This document shows, one piece after another, positions 50,554-59,331 of a stretch of DNA of 64,000 nucleotides. The stretch is from IMG/VR virus record IMGVR_UViG_3300046780_000888, positions 1 to 64,000 of that record. The stretch is one strand, 5' to 3'. The position numbers were made by a program, and so were the translations under genes. The DNA is from a virus (Duplodnaviria > Caudoviricetes). A model generated the notes under the pieces. That model searched no databases and was not told the origin of the DNA. It saw only the letters and a program-made list of their open reading frames with translations. Within the stretch, counting starts at the first letter, position 1, and each line of letters starts with the position of its first letter.

Positions 50554-51369
50554 ATGGTGATGCAGCAATACATGGAGCACGGCGGCTCGGGGCTTCCCTG
50601 GGACGAGATGCCCATGATCCCGGCTCCTCCCGGTACGTCGCTCGGGCAGATGCAGGCGCAGGGGATGTTCGCGGAGTTGGCGAACGCGCTCGGGCTTCAG
50701 GCGCTCGGCATCTACACGCCGTGGGCGACCCGCACCGGCGACACGTCGTGGGAGGAGATCCGCAACACGGACTCCAACATCGTGCTCTGGAGTCTCACGG
50801 ACGCGCAGGTACGGGCCGTGCCCGAGATGACCTACGGCTCCCCGCTGCCCTTCGTCGCGATCATCACGAAGCGCCCGATGACGGAGTCCGAGGTCGCTCA
50901 GATGTGGAGCGGGACGGCCTACAAGTCGTACGAGACGCAGGCGGTCTATCGTCAGGACGACGCGAAGCCCGTTCCGACGATCGCGTTCCTTCATTGGGGA
51001 GAGAACATCGACGTCTCGGAGCTCCCGAAGCAGACGCTGGCTCTTGAGCAGAAGGCGGCGGCCGTCGGCGGGACCTTGGTCTTCGCAGCCCAGATCCCGT
51101 CCCAGGGATCGACGACGCGGGATCTTCCGGCGGCGCCGTCCTTTCAAGCGGCGCTCGAGTCGCAGCTCACGGCGGCGACGCCGGTGACCGCTCCCGCAAC
51201 GGTCGTGATGCCGCCATCGCAAGGGCCAGGTCCGATCACGACCGCGGCGCCGAGTCCTGGGCTTGCCCCAGCGCCTGCGGCGAGTGGCAAGACGAACCTG
51301 AGCTTACCTATCGCCGTCGGTCTCGGTGCGGCGGCGCTCGGGTTCGTTCTCTGGAGGAAGTCGCGATGA
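50554..51369 (+). CDS. Tail-anchored protein
   Basis: Pro/Ala/Thr linker; TM helix plus RKSR. Confidence 0.7.
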   Translation: MVMQQYMEHGGSGLPWDEMPMIPAPPGTSLGQMQAQGMFAELANALGLQALGIYTPWATRTGDTSWEEIRNTDSNIVLWSLTDAQVRAVPEMTYGSPLPFVAIITKRPMTESEVAQMWSGTAYKSYETQAVYRQDDAKPVPTIAFLHWGENIDVSELPKQTLALEQKAAAVGGTLVFAAQIPSQGSTTRDLPAAPSFQAALESQLTAATPVTAPATVVMPPSQGPGPITTAAPSPGLAPAPAASGKTNLSLPIAVGLGAAALGFVLWRKSR

Positions 51370-52142
51370 CCTATCGAACCATGCACGGGCTCGGGGCTAC
51401 GCCTCCGCCTCCGACACTCAGCGACGCGTCTCTCGCGCTCTTTCTGAAGGGCTACCTGGCAACCGGTGGCTGTGCGACGCCGGCAGTGAAAGCGAACTTC
51501 GACGCGCTCAGCTGCTTGAACAACCAACTCGTCCAGATCGGGGGAGCCTGTTACCTCGGCCGTACACCGACGGGGCTCACCGATTTAGAGTTTGCTAGTG
51601 CGTGCATGGATCTCGCCAAGTGCGGAGTCTTCACGAAGCCGGGCTGCCCCGCGGACTCCGCGCCGTATCTCAGCTCGGTGCCGAAGTGCCTGAACGCGGA
51701 CGTCGGACCGCTGGTGGACTACTGCCGGCAGTATCCGCAGTTCAACGGCGACAACAAACAGGCCAACGCAGCATGCTGGGCGATGTCCCGCTATCAGGAC
51801 GTTTACCAGAAGGTGATGGCGCTCGGTCCGTGCCCATCCCCGTCCGTCACGGTCGCGCCCCCGGTGTATCAACCGGCTCCTCCTCCCCCGTCGGCCGCGC
51901 CACCGGCGTATCAGCCGCCGCCTCCATCCGACATGCCGCCTCCCCAGCAATCGTCGGCTCCTCCCGGCTCGCCCGAGGCGACGCCAGGACCGATCGATGT
52001 CGCTCCTCCGGACTCCGGTTCAAGCGTGACGACGGATGCCGGGGCGCCGCCCCCTGCGCCCCAAAAATCCAACATGATGATGTGGGGCCTCGCGGGCGCT
52101 GCGGCGCTCGGTGTGGGGTACCTCATTTTCAGAAAGAAGTAG
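51366..52142 (+). CDS. Cys-rich tail-anchored protein (paralog of 52146)
   Basis: MHGLGA; YCRQYPQFNGDNKQANAACWA; Pro-rich stalk; TM helix plus RKK. Confidence 0.75.
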   Translation: MTYRTMHGLGATPPPPTLSDASLALFLKGYLATGGCATPAVKANFDALSCLNNQLVQIGGACYLGRTPTGLTDLEFASACMDLAKCGVFTKPGCPADSAPYLSSVPKCLNADVGPLVDYCRQYPQFNGDNKQANAACWAMSRYQDVYQKVMALGPCPSPSVTVAPPVYQPAPPPPSAAPPAYQPPPPSDMPPPQQSSAPPGSPEATPGPIDVAPPDSGSSVTTDAGAPPPAPQKSNMMMWGLAGAAALGVGYLIFRKK

Positions 52143-52145
52143 ACG

Positions 52146-52865
52146 ATGTACAGCGGAGTAGGACTGCTTGAATCAACGGCGACGGGCGTTCGATCTGTCC
52201 CGCGTCCAACGTGCATCACTCCGGATGAGCGAGCGGAGGCTAACGCGAAGTGCCCTCACGTGGTGCTCCGCGGCGTCGGACTGGGGCAGGCAACGGCCCC
52301 GATGTCCGGTCGCCTGGCCGCGTTCTCGGCGTGCGACGTAAAGGATCTTCCGGATTGCGCCACGCCGACGTGTCTCGATCAGTACACCGCAGGGCTTATC
52401 GCGGGATGCATTGCAGGTACGCCTGGGGATCCTGACTTCGATTGCACGTCGCTCTACACGTACGCGCTCTCGCGCCTTCCGTTCTGCACCGGCGGCGGCG
52501 TCCTTCCTCCGCTTCCGACCTGCCTCACGCCGGATGTCGTGGCGATCATCCAGTACTGCCGGCAGTACCCCGCGGCGAACGGTCCGAACAAAGCGGCGAA
52601 CGCGGCGTGTTGGGCCATCACGCATGATTCCAGGTACTGGACCGCCCTCCAGGCGCTACCCGCGTGCGGAACGGGACAGGCTCTCGAACCCCCGAGGCAC
52701 GTGACGCCGCCGCCTGCGATGCCGCCGCCGTCGCCCCCGGTCGCTCAGGGCCCCGGTGCTGCAGCGCCCAAAACCGAAGCGTCGATGTCCGGCATGTTCG
52801 GGATCCTGGCGCTCGTTGCTGTCGCTGGCGGCGGGTTCTACATGTACCGGAAGTACAAGAAATAG
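52146..52865 (+). CDS. Cys-rich tail-anchored protein (paralog of 51366)
   Basis: YCRQYPAANGPNKAANAACWA; TM helix plus RKYKK. Confidence 0.75.
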   Translation: MYSGVGLLESTATGVRSVPRPTCITPDERAEANAKCPHVVLRGVGLGQATAPMSGRLAAFSACDVKDLPDCATPTCLDQYTAGLIAGCIAGTPGDPDFDCTSLYTYALSRLPFCTGGGVLPPLPTCLTPDVVAIIQYCRQYPAANGPNKAANAACWAITHDSRYWTALQALPACGTGQALEPPRHVTPPPAMPPPSPPVAQGPGAAAPKTEASMSGMFGILALVAVAGGGFYMYRKYKK

Positions 52866-52870
52866 CGTCC

Positions 52871-53092
52871 ATGAACATGAACCTCGTCGCCATCGCCGGC
52901 GTGCCGCCGGTTTCGGACATGTCCGGAAAGCTCGTCGGCGTCGGCGGTTGCGGGTGTACGGGCTTCGGCGACACGCCACCGACGGAGGAGCAGCGGAATG
53001 CTCTCAACTGGACGGCCCTTGTCTTCTTCGGGGTCGCGCTCGGGATTGGATATTTCCTGCTCCGTGAGCCCTCGGGCAGGAGAACGCGGTAG
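52871..53092 (+). CDS. Small tail-anchored protein
   Basis: GCGCTGFGDT, then a TM helix. Confidence 0.6.
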   Translation: MNMNLVAIAGVPPVSDMSGKLVGVGGCGCTGFGDTPPTEEQRNALNWTALVFFGVALGIGYFLLREPSGRRTR

Positions 53093-53313
53093 TGGATAAC
53101 ATGAAGGCTGCCGTGAACGCGGCCGAGGCCCTCGGGCCCACGCTCGATACCGTCGGCGGGCCCCTCGGGCTCGTCGGGCGCGCCATCGGGCTCGGAGCTG
53201 ACGAACTCGACGCCGGGGTACCGAAGTGGGCCTGGCTCGGGATTGGGGTCGTAGCGGGCGGGATTGCCATGTACTTTTTGCGGCCTCGCGTCGAGGCTTT
53301 CGTCGGCGACTGA
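53092..53313 (+). CDS. Small tail-anchored protein
   Basis: IGLGADE, then WAWLGIGVVAGGIAMYFLR. Confidence 0.65.
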   Translation: MDNMKAAVNAAEALGPTLDTVGGPLGLVGRAIGLGADELDAGVPKWAWLGIGVVAGGIAMYFLRPRVEAFVGD

Positions 53314-53349
53314 GCCGGAGTACCCTTTTGGGTAGAAACAGAGGATCAC

Positions 53350-54474
53350 ATGCTCGGAGCGTATTTCGGCAGCACGACAATCACCCAGGGCGCAGGCGGC
53401 TTGGGTCAGGACGGCCCACTCATGGCGTACGCGGACGGTGTGGTCGGCGGGAACGCGGAGAGCGCGGACACGCCGGGTCCTCTCTTCGCTTACCAGGATG
53501 GCTCACTCGGTGCGACGGCGCTCGCGGTTCCAGCGTCCATTCAGGCAGCAGTGCGAGCGAGGAAAGCGAAGACTCTGATCGAGCAGTACATGCAGCGCTG
53601 CATCGCGGCGCATGCACCATCAGCGACGCGTGCCCAGAAATGCGGGACGATGGCCTATATGTGGGCCCGACAAAACGGACTATTGGCCCAATCGCGTCTT
53701 CCGCGAAGCTTCTTCGGTTTGACCGGCCTCGGGCAAGACGGTCCGCTCATGGCGTACGCGGACGGAGTCGTCGGCGGCCAAGCCGCAGATGCGGACATGC
53801 CCGGGCCAATCGTTGCGTACCACGACGGCTCGCTCGGCGATGCTGGGGACGACGATGCGACGCCCGTCGATGCCTTCCACGATGGCGTTCTCGGCCCGCA
53901 CTATGATGGGATGGACACGTTCGGGCCGCTCATGGCGTACCACGACGGATCGCTCGGCGCGACGCAGGTCTCGCTTGATCTCGGCGACCAGTCGGCGCTG
54001 ACCGAGGTGAAGTCGATGATGGCGCTCCTCGCTCCGGAGCAGACGCTGACGGCGGACGGGCAGAAGGTGTACACGCCTGATTGGTACACGAGCGGGATCT
54101 GGGATCCGCAGGCTTCTCTCCTCTGGCAGTACATCGTCTCGAAGACGGCGGCATTCAGCGGCAAGGACGTGAGCGTCACGGCCGGTGACCAGACCTATCC
54201 GAACGCAACAGCCATCGGGTTCATGGTCTCGACGATCGGCGCCCCGACCGCGTCGAGCTACGGTCCGGACTACCTGAAGAAGAACTTCCCGATCCTTTCG
54301 GCGTGGTTCTCCGCAGGCGGCGGTCCCGTGCTCGCGCCCTACCTCTCGCTCGCGGACAAGACGCGGGAAGAGCGTGCGGGCGCAGGCGGCGGCACCAAGA
54401 TGAGCACGATGGCGATGTACGGCCTCGGCGCCGTGGCTCTCCTCGGGCTTGCGCTCGTGTTCCGGAGGAAATGA
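53350..54474 (+). CDS. Repeat-containing tail-anchored protein
   Basis: Repeats GLGQDGPLMAYADGVVGG and AYxDGSLG; TM helix plus RRK. Confidence 0.75.
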   Translation: MLGAYFGSTTITQGAGGLGQDGPLMAYADGVVGGNAESADTPGPLFAYQDGSLGATALAVPASIQAAVRARKAKTLIEQYMQRCIAAHAPSATRAQKCGTMAYMWARQNGLLAQSRLPRSFFGLTGLGQDGPLMAYADGVVGGQAADADMPGPIVAYHDGSLGDAGDDDATPVDAFHDGVLGPHYDGMDTFGPLMAYHDGSLGATQVSLDLGDQSALTEVKSMMALLAPEQTLTADGQKVYTPDWYTSGIWDPQASLLWQYIVSKTAAFSGKDVSVTAGDQTYPNATAIGFMVSTIGAPTASSYGPDYLKKNFPILSAWFSAGGGPVLAPYLSLADKTREERAGAGGGTKMSTMAMYGLGAVALLGLALVFRRK

Positions 54475-54477
54475 GTC

Positions 54478-54666
54478 ATGGGCTACCGCACCGATCAGAA
54501 CCAGTGGGCCATGGGCGAGTACTTCGCGGCGAGCGGCGGCCTCGGCGAGACCCTCGCCGCTGAAGGGACCACGACTGACGACGAGTCCTGGAAGAAGCCG
54601 TGGTTCTTCGGACTCTTCGTTGGGGCGCTGGTCGGGTACTCGTTCGCTCATCTGACGAAGAAGTAG
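54478..54666 (+). CDS. Small tail-anchored protein
   Basis: AMGEYF..SGGLGET; TM helix plus KK. Confidence 0.65.
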   Translation: MGYRTDQNQWAMGEYFAASGGLGETLAAEGTTTDDESWKKPWFFGLFVGALVGYSFAHLTKK

Positions 54667-54673
54667 AGGCTCC

Positions 54674-55294
54674 ATGGTGGACCTCTTCGAGCGCATCCGC
54701 CGAGTGACCGGTGACATTCAGTGGGGGTCGTTCGTTGCCGTGATGGCGAGGAACGTGGGGGAGTCGTCCGACGCGGCGCACGAGGTCGTCGAGCAGCTGA
54801 AAGAGTGGGGCTCGCATCTCACGCGAAACGCGCTCTTGAAATGGACGATGGCGATCGCGGCGCCGACACCGTGCGCCTGTCCGGGCGTTGCTAGCGGCGG
54901 CAAGACGAAGCCTTGCGAGTGGATCGCGATCGTCAAGTGCGACGCGTGCGGGCGACCCTGCTGCCTCGCGCATGCGCGAGTGGACTACGCGGCAGAAGCG
55001 ATCTGTGCCGTCTGCATCGTGGGAGCAAAGGCGCGGGCTCAGAGCTACGCGAATGTAGACGCGCAAGCGCCCGGGCGTCCGGGTGTCATGACGCGGTCGC
55101 AAGCTCTCAAGACACTCCGCCTTTCGGCGACGGCGGAGTGGGCGCAGATCAAGAAGCAGTACTACCGGCTCGCGATGAAGTACAACCCGGACCGACCCGG
55201 CAAGCAGCAAGCGGCGAACACCGAGCGGATGAAGAAGATCAACGCGGCGTTCGAGGTGCTCCGGGAAGAGCACGAGCGGAAGGCGGCAGCGTGA
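54674..55294 (+). CDS. Zn-finger plus C-terminal J-domain protein (HPD replaced by NPD)
   Basis: CDACGRPCCLAH...CAVC; ALKTLRL...IKKQYYRLAMKYNPDR...MKKINAAFEVL. Confidence 0.8.
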   Translation: MVDLFERIRRVTGDIQWGSFVAVMARNVGESSDAAHEVVEQLKEWGSHLTRNALLKWTMAIAAPTPCACPGVASGGKTKPCEWIAIVKCDACGRPCCLAHARVDYAAEAICAVCIVGAKARAQSYANVDAQAPGRPGVMTRSQALKTLRLSATAEWAQIKKQYYRLAMKYNPDRPGKQQAANTERMKKINAAFEVLREEHERKAAA

Positions 55295-55674
55295 CGTACC
55301 GAGCAGTGGGAGCCGGCCCAGGTCCGGTCGAGAAGTACAAGATCGACGCGCCGTTCCCGTGGGGCGACAACACGGAGATCGCAGTCCCCATGCAGCAGAT
55401 GGTGGACGACGCGTGGCAGGCGATCTCCCCGAAGATCGATGCGCTCGAGGCGAAGCTCATACAGGACATGGAGGGCGAGATGGAGATCTACGCTCCGGTT
55501 CTGGTGAAGCAGGTCATGGATGAGGTCGTGCGTCCCGAGATCGCGAAGCAGATGGAAGTCGCCTTCGCCGAGGTCGGCCTCGTGAAGGACGATGCGATCA
55601 AGGGGATGCTTGCGCTCACTGGCATGGTCGTTCTCTCGGTCGGCATCGCCGCCTGGTGGGTGAAGAAGGGCTGA
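55291..55674 (+). CDS. Tail-anchored protein (paralog of 55676)
   Basis: MTYRAVGAGPGP...PFPWGDNTEI.VPM..MV.DAW..ISP. Confidence 0.7.
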   Translation: MTYRAVGAGPGPVEKYKIDAPFPWGDNTEIAVPMQQMVDDAWQAISPKIDALEAKLIQDMEGEMEIYAPVLVKQVMDEVVRPEIAKQMEVAFAEVGLVKDDAIKGMLALTGMVVLSVGIAAWWVKKG

Positions 55675-55675
55675 C

Positions 55676-55912
55676 ATGAGCTACCGCGCAATGGGCGCAG
55701 GCCCCGGCCCCACGACCACTTACATGGTGGATCTGCCGCTCCCGTGGGGGCGCGACACGGAGGTGACGCTTCCGATGGACGCGCTCGTTCAGGATGCGTG
55801 GACGGCGATGTCGCCACGGATGGACGTGGCGATCGCCAAGGGGTCGATCGCCGTCGCGGCGTCTGTGGCGGTCGTCATCGGTCTTGCCGCCTACTGGATG
55901 AAGTCGAAATGA
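55676..55912 (+). CDS. Tail-anchored protein (paralog of 55291)
   Basis: MSYRAMGAGPGP...PLPWGRDTEV.LPM..LV.DAW..MSP. Confidence 0.7.
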   Translation: MSYRAMGAGPGPTTTYMVDLPLPWGRDTEVTLPMDALVQDAWTAMSPRMDVAIAKGSIAVAASVAVVIGLAAYWMKSK

Positions 55913-56148
55913 GGCATACGTGGCGCCTCGTCGTGGATATCTTCGAGGCGGGTATCGGGTTCGAGTACCCGGTGGTTCGCCACGTCTTCGCCGGGCGAAC
56001 GAAGGAGGAGGCCTTCGGCTACTTCGAGGCCCACCTCGGAACCGACGAGTTTTTGAGGGACTGCGAGCGGCAAGGCCAATGGGACGGCGTAACTTGCAGT
56101 CTTCGGACGAGGTGGGTTGCCCCCGGGCAGCAGATCGGCGAGGATTAG
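55909..56148 (+). CDS. Hypothetical protein
   Basis: MRHTWRLVVDIFE...H.F.G.T.EEA..YF.AH..TD.FLR.C. Confidence 0.6.
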   Translation: MRHTWRLVVDIFEAGIGFEYPVVRHVFAGRTKEEAFGYFEAHLGTDEFLRDCERQGQWDGVTCSLRTRWVAPGQQIGED

Positions 56149-56153
56149 ACCGC

Positions 56154-56327
56154 ATGCAACCGCCCCGCGTCGCGTACTGGGACGAGAGCCTCGGGCGTCT
56201 CGTCGAGTCCGAAGAGCCGGACTTCGACGCCGAGCGCTTTAGTGCGATGATGGCGGCGGGCTGCGATGTGACGGAGCGGGACACCATGCCGGCACCACCG
56301 CCCGTGCCTGAGGAGTACGACCGATGA
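56154..56327 (+). CDS. Small hypothetical protein
   Basis: MQPPRVAYWDESLG...; coupled to the next gene. Confidence 0.45.
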   Translation: MQPPRVAYWDESLGRLVESEEPDFDAERFSAMMAAGCDVTERDTMPAPPPVPEEYDR

Positions 56328-56749
56328 TGCGTCCAGTCGGCAGCTATTGGAACGTTCCTGATTCGGACTATCAGGAGCTGCCCGTCGGCACTCCCGGCTG
56401 GCAGGACGCGCCGGTCCCTGGCTGGGGAATCAACCCGTTACGGGCGGGGCCCATGCGAGTGGGCATCGGGCTCGGTGGCGGGATCTGGGACGAAGACGGT
56501 CCCCTCCCTCGATACACGCCCATCGGGAGCCTCGGAGATCACTTCTCGGAGGATGCCGAGACGCTGCACTACGGTGGCAGCATCCCGTGGCAGGACGCGG
56601 TGCTGCCGAATTACTTCCCGCTCGGCGCCGATCCGGAAGCGGCGTATCACGAGACGAGCTACGGCGTCGTCGCCGGGGGCATGGCGATTGGCATCGGACT
56701 CGGGATCCTGTTCGGGTACGCATGGTGGGGACAGAAGCACACCAGCTGA
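56324..56749 (+). CDS. Tail-anchored protein
   Basis: IGLGG, GSLGD and PLGAD motifs; C-terminal TM helix. Confidence 0.65.
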   Translation: MMRPVGSYWNVPDSDYQELPVGTPGWQDAPVPGWGINPLRAGPMRVGIGLGGGIWDEDGPLPRYTPIGSLGDHFSEDAETLHYGGSIPWQDAVLPNYFPLGADPEAAYHETSYGVVAGGMAIGIGLGILFGYAWWGQKHTS

Positions 56750-56777
56750 TTTTTTTTCAAAAACAACGGAGAACGAC

Positions 56778-57200
56778 ATGACTCAATATGCAACCGCAGA
56801 ACTCTCGGACGTGACGAACAGCTTCATTCAAGCAGCGGAAGCCAGCGAGCTTGCGGCGCGCCTGAATGCGGTGCTGCAGGACACTGGCGGAGGAAGCGCC
56901 GTCCTCTCACTCCATCTCGCGGGAGGCGGAGATGGACATACGTTCGTTGTCGCCATCGAGCGCTCGGAGAGCGTGACAGGGGGCACAGCGCTGACCGACG
57001 AGAATCTCATCGGGTGCTACCTCGCGGCCTCCGAGAGTGAGCTCGCGGTGGCGAAAGACGCGTGTGTCGCCGCAATGCTGGCACTACCTCCCCCGTCCGG
57101 GGGAGAGACGCTCGCCGTGGTGGATGATCAGATCGCCGGCGCCTCAAAGGGCACGCGCTTCATGGGGATGATCGTCGCTATCTATCACGGTGGCGGCTGA
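56778..57200 (+). CDS. Stand-alone spike-anchor domain protein
   Basis: LSLHLAGGGDGHTFVV.IE...CYLA...QIAGASKGTRFMGMIV is homologous to the N-termini of 57830 and 3936. Confidence 0.7.
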   Translation: MTQYATAELSDVTNSFIQAAEASELAARLNAVLQDTGGGSAVLSLHLAGGGDGHTFVVAIERSESVTGGTALTDENLIGCYLAASESELAVAKDACVAAMLALPPPSGGETLAVVDDQIAGASKGTRFMGMIVAIYHGGG

Positions 57201-57214
57201 GATCTCGGATCTAG

Positions 57215-57538
57215 GTGATGCGCAAAAACACCCATCTCCCGAGCAGAGACTACCTCGAGCCTGAAGACCTCGGGGAGACGCTGCTTGAGGAGATGGACGA
57301 GCTCGCGGCCGATGCCCTCGACGTCGAGGCCGAGCATGTGGAGGTCTCGCTGTTCTGCCGGAAGGGCGCCGAGGGCGGCGACGACTGCTACGGGTACGAG
57401 ATCTTGATCCGTGGCGAGCACCGCCGCGTGGACGACGAGTTCGCGTCGATCCTCGCCGCGATCGAATCCTTCGAGGAGTGGTGCGAGCAGCGACTTGGTG
57501 ACTCTCAGGACGCCGCCGCAGACGCCGATGAGGATTGA
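57215..57538 (+). CDS. Acidic hypothetical protein
   Basis: 107 aa, D/E-rich. Confidence 0.6.
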   Translation: MMRKNTHLPSRDYLEPEDLGETLLEEMDELAADALDVEAEHVEVSLFCRKGAEGGDDCYGYEILIRGEHRRVDDEFASILAAIESFEEWCEQRLGDSQDAAADADED

Positions 57539-57541
57539 TCG

Positions 57542-57814
57542 ATGCTCGGCTACGTCGGCTACCTCAGGGCAACGGGCGCCGTAGAGACGCGTCAGGCGGT
57601 CGTGTCGTGCCCGACGTGCACGTATCTGGAGGACGGGACCTGCGTCGTCTGTGTGTCGCCGGATGACCACCCGGCGTGTGACGGGTGCCGCAACGGCCAG
57701 GTCATCTGGTATCGCAGGCCTCTGTTCGTGTCGGTCGTCATGGCGGTGACCGTCTCCTTGATCGCTGGCCTCGCGGTGAGTCAGATCAAGAAACGGACCG
57801 ACTTTTTCGACTGA
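57542..57814 (+). CDS. Small Cys-rich tail-anchored protein
   Basis: CPTC..CVVC..CDGC; TM helix plus KKR. Confidence 0.6.
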   Translation: MLGYVGYLRATGAVETRQAVVSCPTCTYLEDGTCVVCVSPDDHPACDGCRNGQVIWYRRPLFVSVVMAVTVSLIAGLAVSQIKKRTDFFD

Positions 57815-57829
57815 AGGAGAGAGAGCATC

Positions 57830-58990
57830 ATGTCTAGGTATGGCAGCATTGCAGTGACGGTCCCGGCGTCGGTCATTACTAGGATCGTAGAGAGCTCCGA
57901 TCCGGCAGATCTGCAAGCTCGGGTCAATGCCGCGATTGCAGCGCTTCCGGGCGGAAGCGTAGTTACGGCGCTCACCCTGGCGGGCGCCGGGGATGGTGCG
58001 CTCTTTACGGTCACGATCGAGGCCGGAGCCGCGGCGGACGTGACAGGAGGCTTCGCGAGCCCACCGTCGGTGGTCTGCTTCCTGGGTTCCAATGCAGAGA
58101 GCATGCTCATTGCTCACGGCATCGTCGGCAACGGTGCGTTCGCGGACGTGCAGGTGGCGGGAGCCTCGAAGGGCACCCGGTTCATGGGGATGCTGGTGAC
58201 GGGTACGGTGGTAGAGGGTGGCGGCGGGACCATCAGTCCGTTTTCTGCTCTCGCGTATGTGGACCCTGGGACAACCACGCCGGGACCGGATCAGACCGGG
58301 TCTGTGGCGGCGCCGTTTAGCACTGTCCAGGCAGCGCTCGATGCTGGTTTCAGTCACGTGTACCTGACTGCGACCTCATTAGAGGACGTCGTGGCCCCCG
58401 GGTTCGTGTTTCTGACGGGCACCGATCGGGTTGTCGGGATCCGGTCGCTGACGCTGCCGGATGACAGCGGTGCGATTCTCGATAATGTCAGCGTGGCCCC
58501 TGGGAGCCTCGTGGCGGGTGACCGATGCCAAGTCATCACCAATGCGTCGGTGAGAACAGCGGTCTTTGGAGACAATGGGTTTCTGGTCCTGAACGGGCCC
58601 GGAGCGTTGAGCTTCGTGTTCCTTACGTCTCAGTTGACGCTAGGGGCCCTGACGATGGGAGCGAGTGGGACCGTCCTTGCGACGAATACGCTCTGCACCT
58701 CAGGGACAACTATCTCGGCCAACGCCGTCGAGATGTTTGGGTGCACATGCCGCTCGAGTGTGACAGCGAATTCGTTCGAGGCGCAGAGTTCGCACCTCAC
58801 CATAGGTACCTACACGACGACGGGGCCAGTGAATTTGCAGAACGTCAAGTGTAGCGCCGGCGTCGCGTTCGATAACGCGCTCGGGCAAGCCTTCAACCTG
58901 GATGGGTTCTCGAACTACTGGATCAAGACGAACGGCGTCACGCTCACCAATGCCGGAGAGAAGGTCATCACCGATGACCTGACCCCGTGA
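57830..58990 (+). CDS. Spike/receptor-binding protein: anchor domain plus beta-helix-like domain
   Basis: Shared N-terminal domain. YVDPG...GSVAAPFSTVQAALD precedes beta-solenoid-like sequence. Confidence 0.7.
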   Translation: MSRYGSIAVTVPASVITRIVESSDPADLQARVNAAIAALPGGSVVTALTLAGAGDGALFTVTIEAGAAADVTGGFASPPSVVCFLGSNAESMLIAHGIVGNGAFADVQVAGASKGTRFMGMLVTGTVVEGGGGTISPFSALAYVDPGTTTPGPDQTGSVAAPFSTVQAALDAGFSHVYLTATSLEDVVAPGFVFLTGTDRVVGIRSLTLPDDSGAILDNVSVAPGSLVAGDRCQVITNASVRTAVFGDNGFLVLNGPGALSFVFLTSQLTLGALTMGASGTVLATNTLCTSGTTISANAVEMFGCTCRSSVTANSFEAQSSHLTIGTYTTTGPVNLQNVKCSAGVAFDNALGQAFNLDGFSNYWIKTNGVTLTNAGEKVITDDLTP

Positions 58991-59298
58991 TGGGTGACGT
59001 TACGCTCCTTCCGGAGACTCCAGCTCAGAGTCAGATGGCGGTACTCGCCTTCGCGAGCATTCTCGGCGGCGGGCTCGTGGCCTACGAGGTGGGGAACGCA
59101 ATCAAGGATGGAGATCTCTTCAAAACGGATGCCGTCCCGGAGAATCCCAAGGCCGGCTTCGTGGCCATGACGGGAGGCCTCGTAATGCTGGGGTTTATGA
59201 TGAACGAAGCTGTCAAGGAAGTCGGCTGGAAACCACTCGCGCTCGGCTCGCTCGGGATCTTCGCCATCGCTGCCGTGGCGACCGCTGCCCGTCGTTGA
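58987..59298 (+). CDS. Three-TM small membrane protein (holin-like candidate)
   Basis: Three hydrophobic segments; ends in ARR. Confidence 0.5.
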   Translation: MMGDVTLLPETPAQSQMAVLAFASILGGGLVAYEVGNAIKDGDLFKTDAVPENPKAGFVAMTGGLVMLGFMMNEAVKEVGWKPLALGSLGIFAIAAVATAARR

Positions 59299-59331
59299 CT
59301 CGGGCGGCTAGCTGGGCTATCAGGGATAGCC
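59295..59331 (+). promoter_or_regulatory. Putative promoter with GGCTATC-N3-GATAGCC palindrome
   Basis: TTGACT-17 nt-TATCAG; shares GGCTATCA with the 16445/23875 element. Confidence 0.5.
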
